From Deferribacterales bacterium (GTDB taxonomy: Bacteria > Chrysiogenota > Deferribacteres > Deferribacterales > Geovibrionaceae): a DNA stretch of 64,000 nt. The position numbers were made by a program, and so were the translations under genes. This document shows positions 9,860 to 18,082 of the stretch, in pieces. The DNA is taken from the NCBI GenBank assembly GCA_050253075.1, contig JBFWJS010000001.1, positions 608,001-672,000 on the forward strand, read 5' to 3'. A model generated the notes under the pieces. The model saw only the letters and a list, made by a program, of their open reading frames with translations, made no database searches and was not told the origin of the DNA. How positions within the stretch are numbered: position 1 is the first letter of the stretch; each line of letters begins with the position of its first letter.

Positions 9860-10987
9860 ATGCCTGATTTTAAATCATATGTGACTCTTGTGGGGACGGC
9901 GAAGATAGCGGCTGCTATTACTGCCGGCACTGCTGTTGACCTTACAGAGATGGCTATCGGTGACGGTGGAGGCTCTGTTGTTGAGCCGACTCCAGATATG
10001 GAAACACTGGTGAATGAGGTGGCGAGAGTGTCATTAACTGGATACTCTGCAGATACAGAGAGCAGCACTATAGAAGCTACTGCTGTTATATCTGCATCTG
10101 TAGGAGGTTGGACGATCAGGGAGCTTGGACTTTATGATGCTGAAGGTGATCTGATAGCTGTGTGTAACTATCCTGATACAGTGAAGCCTGTCCTTACTGA
10201 TGGCGTTGCTTCTGACCTTGTGGTCGGTATGAATATCGCTGTTGCTTCCACAGAAGCTGTCACCCTTGCTGTGGATCCATCAAAAGTGCTTGCGACTCGT
10301 GAGTATGCAGACAGTGTTGTCTCTAATCATGAAGGAAAAAGTGATCCGCATTCTCAATATGCGCCTAAAGTATCACCAATATTTACAGGGACACCGACAG
10401 CTCCCACGCCTGCTTCGGCTGACAATTCCTTAAAACTGGCCACTACTGCTTTTGTTAAAGCTGCCCTTGCGGCACTGGTTGATAGTAGCCCTGCGGCTCT
10501 TGATACGCTTAATGAACTGGCGGCCGCTCTTGGGGATGATCCTAACTTTGCGACAACAATGACAAATGCGCTCGCAGGAAAACTTAATTCTGATTCGTAC
10601 ACTGCTGCAGACGTTCTTGCAAAAATTAAGAGTGTTGATGGGGCTGGTTCTGGCGTAGATTGTGATCTTGTTCGAGGGCTTCCTGCTAACTTTACAATTG
10701 TTAAAAATATAAATGGCCGTCAAGAGAATCCGTCCGGTTTTTTTGAACAATGGGTCAGAGTTACTGTCTCTATTCCTCCTGGCGCAAATGAATATGATAT
10801 CGTTTTACCAGTAGCATTTCCTGTTCTGATGGCGTTTTGCGTAGCGAATATTGCTAATACAAATAATAATGTTATCAATTATTCTGCCGGAGCGAATGGT
10901 ACAGCGGCACTTAAAGTTTATGTTTCTAATACAGGTGGCACTACTTATGAAACTGTAACTATAACATGTTTTGCGATAGGATATTAA
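9860..10987 (+). CDS. Tail fibre protein
   Basis: DUF3751-like N-terminus (GGWTIRELGL), P2 gpH-like ALDTLNELAAALGDDPNF segment, variable C-terminus. Confidence 0.9.
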   Translation: MPDFKSYVTLVGTAKIAAAITAGTAVDLTEMAIGDGGGSVVEPTPDMETLVNEVARVSLTGYSADTESSTIEATAVISASVGGWTIRELGLYDAEGDLIAVCNYPDTVKPVLTDGVASDLVVGMNIAVASTEAVTLAVDPSKVLATREYADSVVSNHEGKSDPHSQYAPKVSPIFTGTPTAPTPASADNSLKLATTAFVKAALAALVDSSPAALDTLNELAAALGDDPNFATTMTNALAGKLNSDSYTAADVLAKIKSVDGAGSGVDCDLVRGLPANFTIVKNINGRQENPSGFFEQWVRVTVSIPPGANEYDIVLPVAFPVLMAFCVANIANTNNNVINYSAGANGTAALKVYVSNTGGTTYETVTITCFAIGY

Positions 10988-10996
10988 GGAGTGAAT

Positions 10997-11374
10997 ATGA
11001 GTAAATATATGACAGTGGACGGTGAAGGTTGCCCAAATGGTTTTTACGATACGAGTATTAATACAAATATTCCGGAGATGGCGATTGAGATCACAGACGA
11101 ACAGTACTATGAGCTTATTAATAATCAAGGTGCTCGAAAGTGGAACGGTGAGACTGTAGTTGAGTATATAAAGGAGCTCTCTGCTGAGGAGCAAGCGAAT
11201 ATACGCATTGCTGAAATAGATAAATTATTGGCTACGAATGAGCTTGCTTGTATACGACCACTTCGGGCTATAGCTGCGGGAAATGGTACAGCGTATGACA
11301 CTCAAAAGCTCGCAGAGTTAGATACTGAGGCTGAGGCTCTCAGAATAGAGAGAGCTAGTCTTGTATCTGAGTAA
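10997..11374 (+). CDS. Tail fibre assembly/chaperone-like protein
   Basis: GFYD....IP..AIEITDEQY..L motif; follows the fibre gene. Confidence 0.7.
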   Translation: MSKYMTVDGEGCPNGFYDTSINTNIPEMAIEITDEQYYELINNQGARKWNGETVVEYIKELSAEEQANIRIAEIDKLLATNELACIRPLRAIAAGNGTAYDTQKLAELDTEAEALRIERASLVSE

Positions 11375-11427
11375 GTGTTGAAACTTTTCCAATTATATTG
11401 AATAAGTCGCCCCGCTCAGTTATAGTG

Positions 11428-11454
11428 CAAAAAACGCCGCCGTTTTGGCGGCGT
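11428..11454 (-). terminator. Rho-independent terminator facing into the prophage
   Basis: ACGCCGCC-GTTTT-GGCGGCGT stem (11434-11454) with an A-run on the left, i.e. a U-tail on the minus strand. Confidence 0.65.
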
Positions 11455-11460
11455 GCTACA

Positions 11461-11791
11461 AGACGATAATGAATTGCATCTGAAAATGTGCAAGATCCTG
11501 CTGAATAATCTCGGACACGAGGTTAATACGGCGACGTCTCTCGAAGCACTGAAAGATGTTATCGACACTGTCGAGACCCCTGATGTGGTGCTGATAGACT
11601 ACAGACTGAACCCGGGCGAGACAGGTGTGGATGTGCTTCATTATCTGAAGAGCGAACATAAATGGAACGGCAGCAGGATGGTTGCTCTCACGGCTGATAT
11701 CAGCGAGAGGTCAACACTGGAAAGCGCAGGGTTTAAAAACATAGTTTTCAAGCCTGTGACAGAGTCGCTCCTGAAGGAGATCATCAAATAG
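11461..11791 (+). pseudogene. CheY-like response regulator, 5'-truncated by prophage insertion
   Basis: Begins directly at DDNE with no beta1 strand; phospho-Asp (LIDY), Thr (LTAD) and FKP intact; the only in-frame start is a GTG inside the phage-end hairpin. Confidence 0.75.
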
Positions 11792-13264
11792 ATGAGTGCT
11801 AAATTCGACAGCCTTAGAAACGAAATCAATGACTGCTTCTACGAGATAGTCGGTATTATCAATGAGATAATAAGCCACCGTACCGACAGCTTCACAGACA
11901 TGCTGAAGGTAAGTGAAGAGATACAGAGAGGCTCTGAAAGCTTTGTAGACGAGACTGACAAGGTTATCACAGCAATCTCGGACGACATAAATGATAAGAT
12001 CCAGAATCTGAACATGAACAAGATGAAGCAGGACATCGTCGACGCCACATCTACCTTCATTGCTATTACGGACGAGCTGGAACTTCTCTCGTATAACACC
12101 ATATGCCGAACTATGGCTCTCGGTGACAAAGGCTCCACCATCACGCACATCAGTAAAGAGATAAAGAAATACTCCACAACGGTTAAGTCACTGCTGGACG
12201 TTATATCCGTCAATTTCAACGAGATGTTCAACAGATTTAAATCCGTATCCGACCACCTGATGGATAACAAGCTGGTGCCTGAGGACACATCGCTGAATGT
12301 CGAGTCTATGGACGACTTCGTCATGACATCCGACGCATCCGTCCTGATAGAGAACTCACAGTTCCACGATATATTTATGCAGGAGCTGGAGATAATAAAC
12401 GATGCTCTCAGCAATACTTCATATACATCAGCGTATGAGGCGGGCATCATATTCGGTATTTATGAAAAGGCTATGGCTAAGCTCGACTTCGTTAAATACG
12501 GCATACAGGAAAAACTGGAAAACATAAGGTCCGTCATGGGCGACTTTATATATACATTCAATACAGACCTGCAGAACATCATCGGCAAAACAAACATACT
12601 CCGCTCTGAGCTGGGCAGGGTATCCGAACTGTCGAAGGATGTCTGCGACAACGTAAACACGCTGACAGACAGAGTGGCAGGCACAAAGGACATTCTGTAT
12701 AAAACAAAAAGCAGTGTGGACATGCTGGGAAAACAGTCAAAGACATTCCGCAACCTTGTGGTCATCACGGCTGTAGAGGTGGCACGCATAAATGACGAAA
12801 GCCTGCGCAGTGTTGTCGTTTCCATGAACCAGACAGAGGCAGAACTTCAGGAGCTCATCACAAAGCTCCATGACAATATCGACATATGGAGCGTACTGCG
12901 GACAGACTTCATGGCGACATTCGACACAGCCCAGAAGAGCATGGATCACCTGTGCAGGGATAAAAGCGATAACGAACGCAACGAAGTCATGCAGAAGACT
13001 CTTCATCTCGATGACGAGCTGAATAATTTCCGGAAGATATTTACCTCCGAAAGATATGTCAATTTCTTTGAAAGCACCACAGGCAAGCTCGTAGAGCTCT
13101 TTGGTGAATTCAATGACAGCGTTTCAGAGGAATTCATGAATTTTAATAACAGTCTGGGCGATGATATCCTTTCAGACGAAGAATTTACTAACGGACGTAA
13201 CGACGCCGAGCTAAAGGATATATTGGCCGAGGATGACGACCAGTCATCTGTGGAATTTTTCTGA
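11792..13264 (+). CDS. Soluble chemoreceptor-like coiled-coil protein
   Basis: No TM segments; two degenerate MCP hairpin-tip motifs; acidic tail ending SVEFF. Confidence 0.65.
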   Translation: MSAKFDSLRNEINDCFYEIVGIINEIISHRTDSFTDMLKVSEEIQRGSESFVDETDKVITAISDDINDKIQNLNMNKMKQDIVDATSTFIAITDELELLSYNTICRTMALGDKGSTITHISKEIKKYSTTVKSLLDVISVNFNEMFNRFKSVSDHLMDNKLVPEDTSLNVESMDDFVMTSDASVLIENSQFHDIFMQELEIINDALSNTSYTSAYEAGIIFGIYEKAMAKLDFVKYGIQEKLENIRSVMGDFIYTFNTDLQNIIGKTNILRSELGRVSELSKDVCDNVNTLTDRVAGTKDILYKTKSSVDMLGKQSKTFRNLVVITAVEVARINDESLRSVVVSMNQTEAELQELITKLHDNIDIWSVLRTDFMATFDTAQKSMDHLCRDKSDNERNEVMQKTLHLDDELNNFRKIFTSERYVNFFESTTGKLVELFGEFNDSVSEEFMNFNNSLGDDILSDEEFTNGRNDAELKDILAEDDDQSSVEFF

Positions 13265-13277
13265 TAGCGGGGTTTTA

Positions 13278-13646
13278 ATGAGCGTAATAAATGTTTTGGT
13301 AGCAGAAGACGACAAGCTGAACAGGCTGATGCTGTGCAGACTGCTGGCAAAGCTGGGAACAGAGACGAAAGATGCATCAAACGGTCAGGAAGCCGTGGAA
13401 AAAGAGCAGGAGGGCTCTTTCGACATTGTGCTTCTGGACTATAACATGCCCGTATACAGCGGTGCCGAGAGCGCAAGGCTGATACGTGAAAACTGTGAGA
13501 AAGACGGACGCAGGACACCGCTTCTGGTATGTGTGTCGGCAGACGAAGACCTCAGTGACAGCGGTGTTTTCGACTGTTTTCTGCCGAAGCCGTTTAAAAT
13601 AGAAGACATACAAGGCATCTTAGACAAAATTTCTCAGGGGGAATGA
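13278..13646 (+). CDS. Single-domain response regulator
   Basis: VLVAEDD, LLDYNMP, SA, KPF. Confidence 0.92.
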   Translation: MSVINVLVAEDDKLNRLMLCRLLAKLGTETKDASNGQEAVEKEQEGSFDIVLLDYNMPVYSGAESARLIRENCEKDGRRTPLLVCVSADEDLSDSGVFDCFLPKPFKIEDIQGILDKISQGE

Positions 13647-13671
13647 TATCAAAGATTATGATATCGGAAAG

Positions 13672-13965
13672 GTGGCGGAGCTTATCGGTCTGGATAAAGA
13701 CATAATGATCATGCTGCTTGACGAATTCTTCAGCGTAATGGAAGAGGAGATAGCCGCTCTGCGCTCAGCCATAGAGAAGGACGATGCGGAGCTGATAAGG
13801 CATCACGCTCATAAGATGAAGGGCGCCGCCGCAAACATGATGGTGGAAGACCTGCGTGAGCACTGCCACGACCTTCAGGACGCTGATAAAAACGATAAAA
13901 AACTGGTAAACGACCTCTTCGCAAAGATCGAAGCCTCATACGCAGAGTTCAGGTCTTTATTTTAA
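13672..13965 (+). CDS. Hpt domain protein
   Basis: AHKMKGAA motif; true start may be upstream. Confidence 0.88.
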   Translation: MAELIGLDKDIMIMLLDEFFSVMEEEIAALRSAIEKDDAELIRHHAHKMKGAAANMMVEDLREHCHDLQDADKNDKKLVNDLFAKIEASYAEFRSLF

Positions 13966-15117
13966 GATATTCGCCTTTGCAGTGTCGTACACTATAGACG
14001 GGGCACAGCCGAGCTTTTCCCCTGCCCTTACACAGTCGTCCCATTCAGGGCTGTATTTCTTTATATCGCCAAAGCTCAGAACTTTCACATTCACTTTTTC
14101 GCCCGATACTTCAACAGATTCCATGTGTCTGTCCATAACCATGCGGTCTGATCTGTGATATCTCATGCCCGCCGTGGACGTATGGCGGAAGAGGATGTCT
14201 GCTATGGTGTCCGTCTCTCTGTGTTCGCAAAGTATGGTCAGATGCATTGCAGGGCGGTTCTTCTTTGCCGTTACGGCTGTGATGAAGAAATCCAGTGCGT
14301 GCGGCTCGAGAGTTTTGAAAAGACTGCCGATCACTTCCCCCGAACAGTCGTCTATGTTTGTCTCTATCACGGTTATCTGACCGCACTTCATAGATGCGCC
14401 GAGTAGAGTCCCTCTAAGGATGTTCGGCATGGTTTTCAGGGTCAGTGTCCCTGTGGAATATGCAGAGCCGAGTATCTTTCCGCTGTATGCGGTGGAGAAT
14501 TCCTTTACGTAATATTTCAGTATGGCCGCCCCTGTGGGGGTGGTGAGCTCATTTGGCTCTTCTGTACGGATGACGTCGAGCTCTTCGAGTATTTTAAGGG
14601 TAGCGGGTGCGGGTACGGGCACTTTGCCGTGTGCACATTTTACAAATCCGCTCCCCAATACGGGTTTCGAAGCCGATATCTCCGTTATGCCGAGCTTATG
14701 GACTCCGTATGCGAAGCCCACTATGTCGAGTATGGAATCCAGCGCACCGACCTCGTGGAAGTGAACCTCTTCGGATGATCTGCCGTGCACCTTACCTTCG
14801 GCATCGGCAATAATTTCGAAAATGCCGACAGCATCCCTGACCACCTGATCGGGCAGGTCAGCCTGCTGGAGCATATCTCTGATGTCTTTCATCCTTCGGT
14901 GGGCGTGCTCGTGGGGCATGTCTATCTTCAGCCTTGCTGATTCTATGCCGTTGATAAATGTCTTTTCCACATCTATCTTTATCTCTTTTCCCGTCATCTT
15001 CAGCACTATGTCAGTTACTTCGCTGAGGTCGAGCCCCAGCCCGTGCAGCACCGCAAGGGACATGTCCCCCGCTATGCCTGATGATATATCAAAGTGTAGA
15101 ATAGTATTTGCATGCAT
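13957..15117 (-). CDS. larC: Nickel pincer cofactor biosynthesis protein LarC
   Basis: SGIAGDM, His-rich HEHAHR, VHFHEVGALDS, ELTTPTGAA, ETNIDD. Confidence 0.92.
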   Translation of the reverse strand: MHANTILHFDISSGIAGDMSLAVLHGLGLDLSEVTDIVLKMTGKEIKIDVEKTFINGIESARLKIDMPHEHAHRRMKDIRDMLQQADLPDQVVRDAVGIFEIIADAEGKVHGRSSEEVHFHEVGALDSILDIVGFAYGVHKLGITEISASKPVLGSGFVKCAHGKVPVPAPATLKILEELDVIRTEEPNELTTPTGAAILKYYVKEFSTAYSGKILGSAYSTGTLTLKTMPNILRGTLLGASMKCGQITVIETNIDDCSGEVIGSLFKTLEPHALDFFITAVTAKKNRPAMHLTILCEHRETDTIADILFRHTSTAGMRYHRSDRMVMDRHMESVEVSGEKVNVKVLSFGDIKKYSPEWDDCVRAGEKLGCAPSIVYDTAKANILK

Positions 15118-15721
15118 GTGAAACTCCGCATTGGTCACATTTAGGGCTTCTGGCTGTGCATATCTCACGTCCGAAGTATATGACACGGTGGCACCAGTCG
15201 CAGTGTTTTTCGCCTTTTAATATTTTTTCCAGATCTTTTTCGACCTTATCCGGGTCTGTGTTTACAGTCAGCCCGATTCGCTTTGCTATTCGCTTTACGT
15301 GGGTGTCTACGACCACCCCGGGCATCTTCCACAGATTACCCCTGACGACATTCGCCGTTTTTCTGCCTACGCCGGGGAGGGCGAGCAGCTCGTCCATCTC
15401 TTTCGGCACTTCTCCGCCGTATTTCTCCACCAGCATTTTTGCCATGCCGGTGATGCTTTTCGACTTCATTTTATACATCCCCGTGCTTTTGATCAGCTTT
15501 TCCACATCGGCGATATCGGCGTCGGCGAGTGCGAATGCATCGGGATAAGCGGCAAAGAGATCCTTTGTCACTATGTTTACTCTGGCGTCTGTGCACTGTG
15601 CGCTGAGTATCGTCGCAGTCAGCAGCTGAAAGGGGGTTCCGTAGTTTAGAGAGCAGACCACGACGGGATATTTTTCCTCAAGGTACTGCTCGAAAATCTC
15701 TGATCTTTCTTTCCTGTTCAT
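15089..15721 (-). CDS. nth: Endonuclease III
   Basis: LSAQCTD, HhH LPGVGRKTAN, VDTHV, C-x6-C-x2-C-x5-C. Confidence 0.96.
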   Translation of the reverse strand: MNRKERSEIFEQYLEEKYPVVVCSLNYGTPFQLLTATILSAQCTDARVNIVTKDLFAAYPDAFALADADIADVEKLIKSTGMYKMKSKSITGMAKMLVEKYGGEVPKEMDELLALPGVGRKTANVVRGNLWKMPGVVVDTHVKRIAKRIGLTVNTDPDKVEKDLEKILKGEKHCDWCHRVIYFGREICTARSPKCDQCGVSHACKYYSTL

Positions 15722-15779
15722 ACGCTTATATAGCATTTTAATTGATGCTCTTAAACCTTTTTTGGGATATGATGCGCCT

Positions 15780-16538
15780 ATGGACATAAATTTATTTCAT
15801 TTGATAATCCTGTTCGTAGCAGGAATCGGTGCAGGCCTTTTAAATGCCCTTGCGGGGGGCGGGTCATTCATGACAGTGCCTTTGCTCATTTTTACAGGGC
15901 TAGAGCCCACAGTGGCAAATGCTACAAACAGGCTCGGCATATGGCTGCAGTCACTCTTCGGTACTCGTAAGTTCAGCTCTATGGGCTACTTCCCTAAAAA
16001 GTACAGCTTTCGTGTTGCTGTGCCTGTCGCTATAGGGTCTGTCGTCGGGGCGTATCTTGCAACAATTATTTCCGATGCGGCATTTACCAAGTATTTCGCT
16101 GCGTTTATGGTGCTTATGACTCTAATGACTTTTTATAAGCCTTCGGTTAAGGAATTTAAGCATGATGTTGAGGAAATGACGCCGAAAACCGCACTTATAA
16201 ATGCAGTTGTATTTTTTCTGATAGGTATATACAGCGGATTTGCACAGGCTGGCGTCGGATTTGTCATGATCGCCGCATGTGTTGTTGCCGGTTTTGATAT
16301 GGTCAGGGCAAATGCCGTAAAGCTCTTCCTGAATCTGATTACGGCAACTATCTCTGTTGCTCTGTTTATATACGCGGGTAAGGTGCTCTATATGCCTGCC
16401 ATCGCACTCGGTCTGGGCATGTCGATCGGCGCTGTGACTGCTGCGAATATCAGCGTGCGTGTCAGCAACGACTTCCTGAAAAGGCTGGTTTCTGTAGCGA
16501 TAATAATCTTTGCGGTGCTTCTGCTTATTTTGAAATAA
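15780..16538 (+). CDS. TSUP (TauE/SafE) family permease
   Basis: AGGGSF..VP, ANATN, multiple TM segments. Confidence 0.9.
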   Translation: MDINLFHLIILFVAGIGAGLLNALAGGGSFMTVPLLIFTGLEPTVANATNRLGIWLQSLFGTRKFSSMGYFPKKYSFRVAVPVAIGSVVGAYLATIISDAAFTKYFAAFMVLMTLMTFYKPSVKEFKHDVEEMTPKTALINAVVFFLIGIYSGFAQAGVGFVMIAACVVAGFDMVRANAVKLFLNLITATISVALFIYAGKVLYMPAIALGLGMSIGAVTAANISVRVSNDFLKRLVSVAIIIFAVLLLILK

Positions 16539-17391
16539 ACTGACGTGCGGCATCGAGCAGTGCTTTGCTCTCCGCCTGATTCGGGCCTGTGACGAGGGTG
16601 TGGTAATATCCGCCGATGACCATCTTTACAGACTCCACCCTGAGCAGAGGGTAATCCTCCACGGGCGACATCTCGCCTGTATGTATGAGGAAAGGTCCTT
16701 CCTTTCGTTTTTCAGATGCGGATACCGTCCCCTGAATGATTATCTGTGTACCGTAAGGGACAGGATGCCTGTCGGTCTTAATGTATTTCATCCCTTTTAC
16801 TGCTATGTGGCTCGCCAGCTTCAGCTCGTCTATCTCCCTCGGCAGTTTGCTTACGGATGCGAGAATGAGCTGAAATGATGTTCCCACGGCGATGGTGACA
16901 GGGATGTCGTCCCCTTTCGAAAGCTGTTCTGCAAGGTCGGATTCCGGATAGCAGTGGATTATCGCCTCGCTGTCTGAAAGGGGCTGTATTCTGTATATTC
17001 CGCTGTTGTATATGCCTTCATGTTCGCTTATCACGCACCCCATATTTATAGAGCCGGAGACATCGTCTTCGCAGTGCTTCATGATGGGCAGGTCGGATAT
17101 AGAAATCTCTTTGTACTTGTCAGCAGACATAAATTCCAGCTCGGGGAGCTTCGCTTCGGGGTTATATCTATGGATTGGTTCTTTCAGTGCCACTTCCATT
17201 CTGGTGACGGAGGAGAAGAGATTCATGACGATGGGGATATCTCGACGGAATATGAGTGCCTTACCGCCGGGGCGGCTCTCACGTTCGGCTCGCTCGGCCA
17301 TTTTAATGCCTGAGATGTTGCCGTCCAGGTGCAGTGTGTGTCCTGCCATATCGAGTTTTCGGACTATATTTGAAAAGCTGTGCTCATACAT
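16525..17391 (-). CDS. Short UbiD-family domain protein (C-terminal domain absent)
   Basis: NSGIYRIQ and EGPF motifs; ends shortly after the GP motif. Confidence 0.7.
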   Translation of the reverse strand: MYEHSFSNIVRKLDMAGHTLHLDGNISGIKMAERAERESRPGGKALIFRRDIPIVMNLFSSVTRMEVALKEPIHRYNPEAKLPELEFMSADKYKEISISDLPIMKHCEDDVSGSINMGCVISEHEGIYNSGIYRIQPLSDSEAIIHCYPESDLAEQLSKGDDIPVTIAVGTSFQLILASVSKLPREIDELKLASHIAVKGMKYIKTDRHPVPYGTQIIIQGTVSASEKRKEGPFLIHTGEMSPVEDYPLLRVESVKMVIGGYYHTLVTGPNQAESKALLDAARQFISK

Positions 17392-18073
17392 CAGATTTAT
17401 GGCATATGGTCGCATCGCATATGCCGAAGGTCATAGGGTTGAAATCTACAGAATCAAACCCTGCGTCCAGTACCATCTGTCTGTAAACATCCCTTTTAGG
17501 GAATTTATAGACAGAATCAGGCAGATACTCATAAGCCCCTCTGTTGCCTGATATCAGACCGCCGATGAAGGGGAGTATCTTTGTAAAATACAGTCTGTAC
17601 AGTCTGCTGAAAAACCAGCCCTCAGGCTGTGAAAACTCTAAAATGCAGAGCTTTCCTCCGGGTTTCAGCACCCTGTGCATCTCTTTCAGCCCCGTCGGCT
17701 TATCCGTAACATTGCGGAAGCCGAAGGATATCGTCATCCTGTCGAAGCTGTTATCCTTAAAAGGGAGCATGTGCGCATCGGAAACACTGAAAGCTCCTTT
17801 AGGGAACTTTTCCTTTCCGAGCCTCAGCATGTTATAGCTGAAGTCTCCGCCGATAAGGGTTATATCACCCACACGGGTGTCCATTTCTATCATCATATCT
17901 GCCGTACCGCATGCAAGGTCGAGCACTGTGTGCCCCTTTGTAATGCTTGCGAGCTTTATGGCCTTTTTCCTCCAGCGCACGTCGGTGCGGAAGCTGAGGA
18001 GCCTGTTGAGCAGATCGTATTTATGTGCGATGTCGTCGAACATCTGTTGAATTTCGCGGGATTTCTGTTCCAA
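17384..18073 (-). CDS. ubiE: Demethylmenaquinone/ubiquinone methyltransferase UbiE/MenG
   Basis: MFD.IA.KYD.LN, VLDLACGT, FGFRNV, RVLKPGG, AYEYLPDSV. Confidence 0.95.
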   Translation of the reverse strand: MEQKSREIQQMFDDIAHKYDLLNRLLSFRTDVRWRKKAIKLASITKGHTVLDLACGTADMMIEMDTRVGDITLIGGDFSYNMLRLGKEKFPKGAFSVSDAHMLPFKDNSFDRMTISFGFRNVTDKPTGLKEMHRVLKPGGKLCILEFSQPEGWFFSRLYRLYFTKILPFIGGLISGNRGAYEYLPDSVYKFPKRDVYRQMVLDAGFDSVDFNPMTFGICDATICHKSDV

Positions 18074-18082
18074 GTGATACCT

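Larger units (their letters stand above)
1..11460 (+). mobile_element. Prophage, tail module and right end (contractile tail; probably Mu-like/transposable)
   Basis: Co-oriented sheath, tube, chaperone, tape measure, baseplate and fibre genes; ends in ...GCTACA followed by a 5'-truncated host receiver gene; continues beyond the left edge of the window. Confidence 0.9.

Noticed and set aside
1..11374. Tailocin, eCIS or T6SS interpretation of the tail cluster
   Set aside because: The sharp ACA end inside a host gene and the chaperone frameshift plus tape measure fit a prophage; no eCIS ATPase or T6SS membrane genes are present. Head genes lie outside the window, so a tailocin is not formally excluded.
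11453..11460. GTG start giving an intact MLQDDN... response regulator
   Set aside because: The codon lies in the phage-end hairpin with no SD, and the product would lack beta1 of the receiver fold
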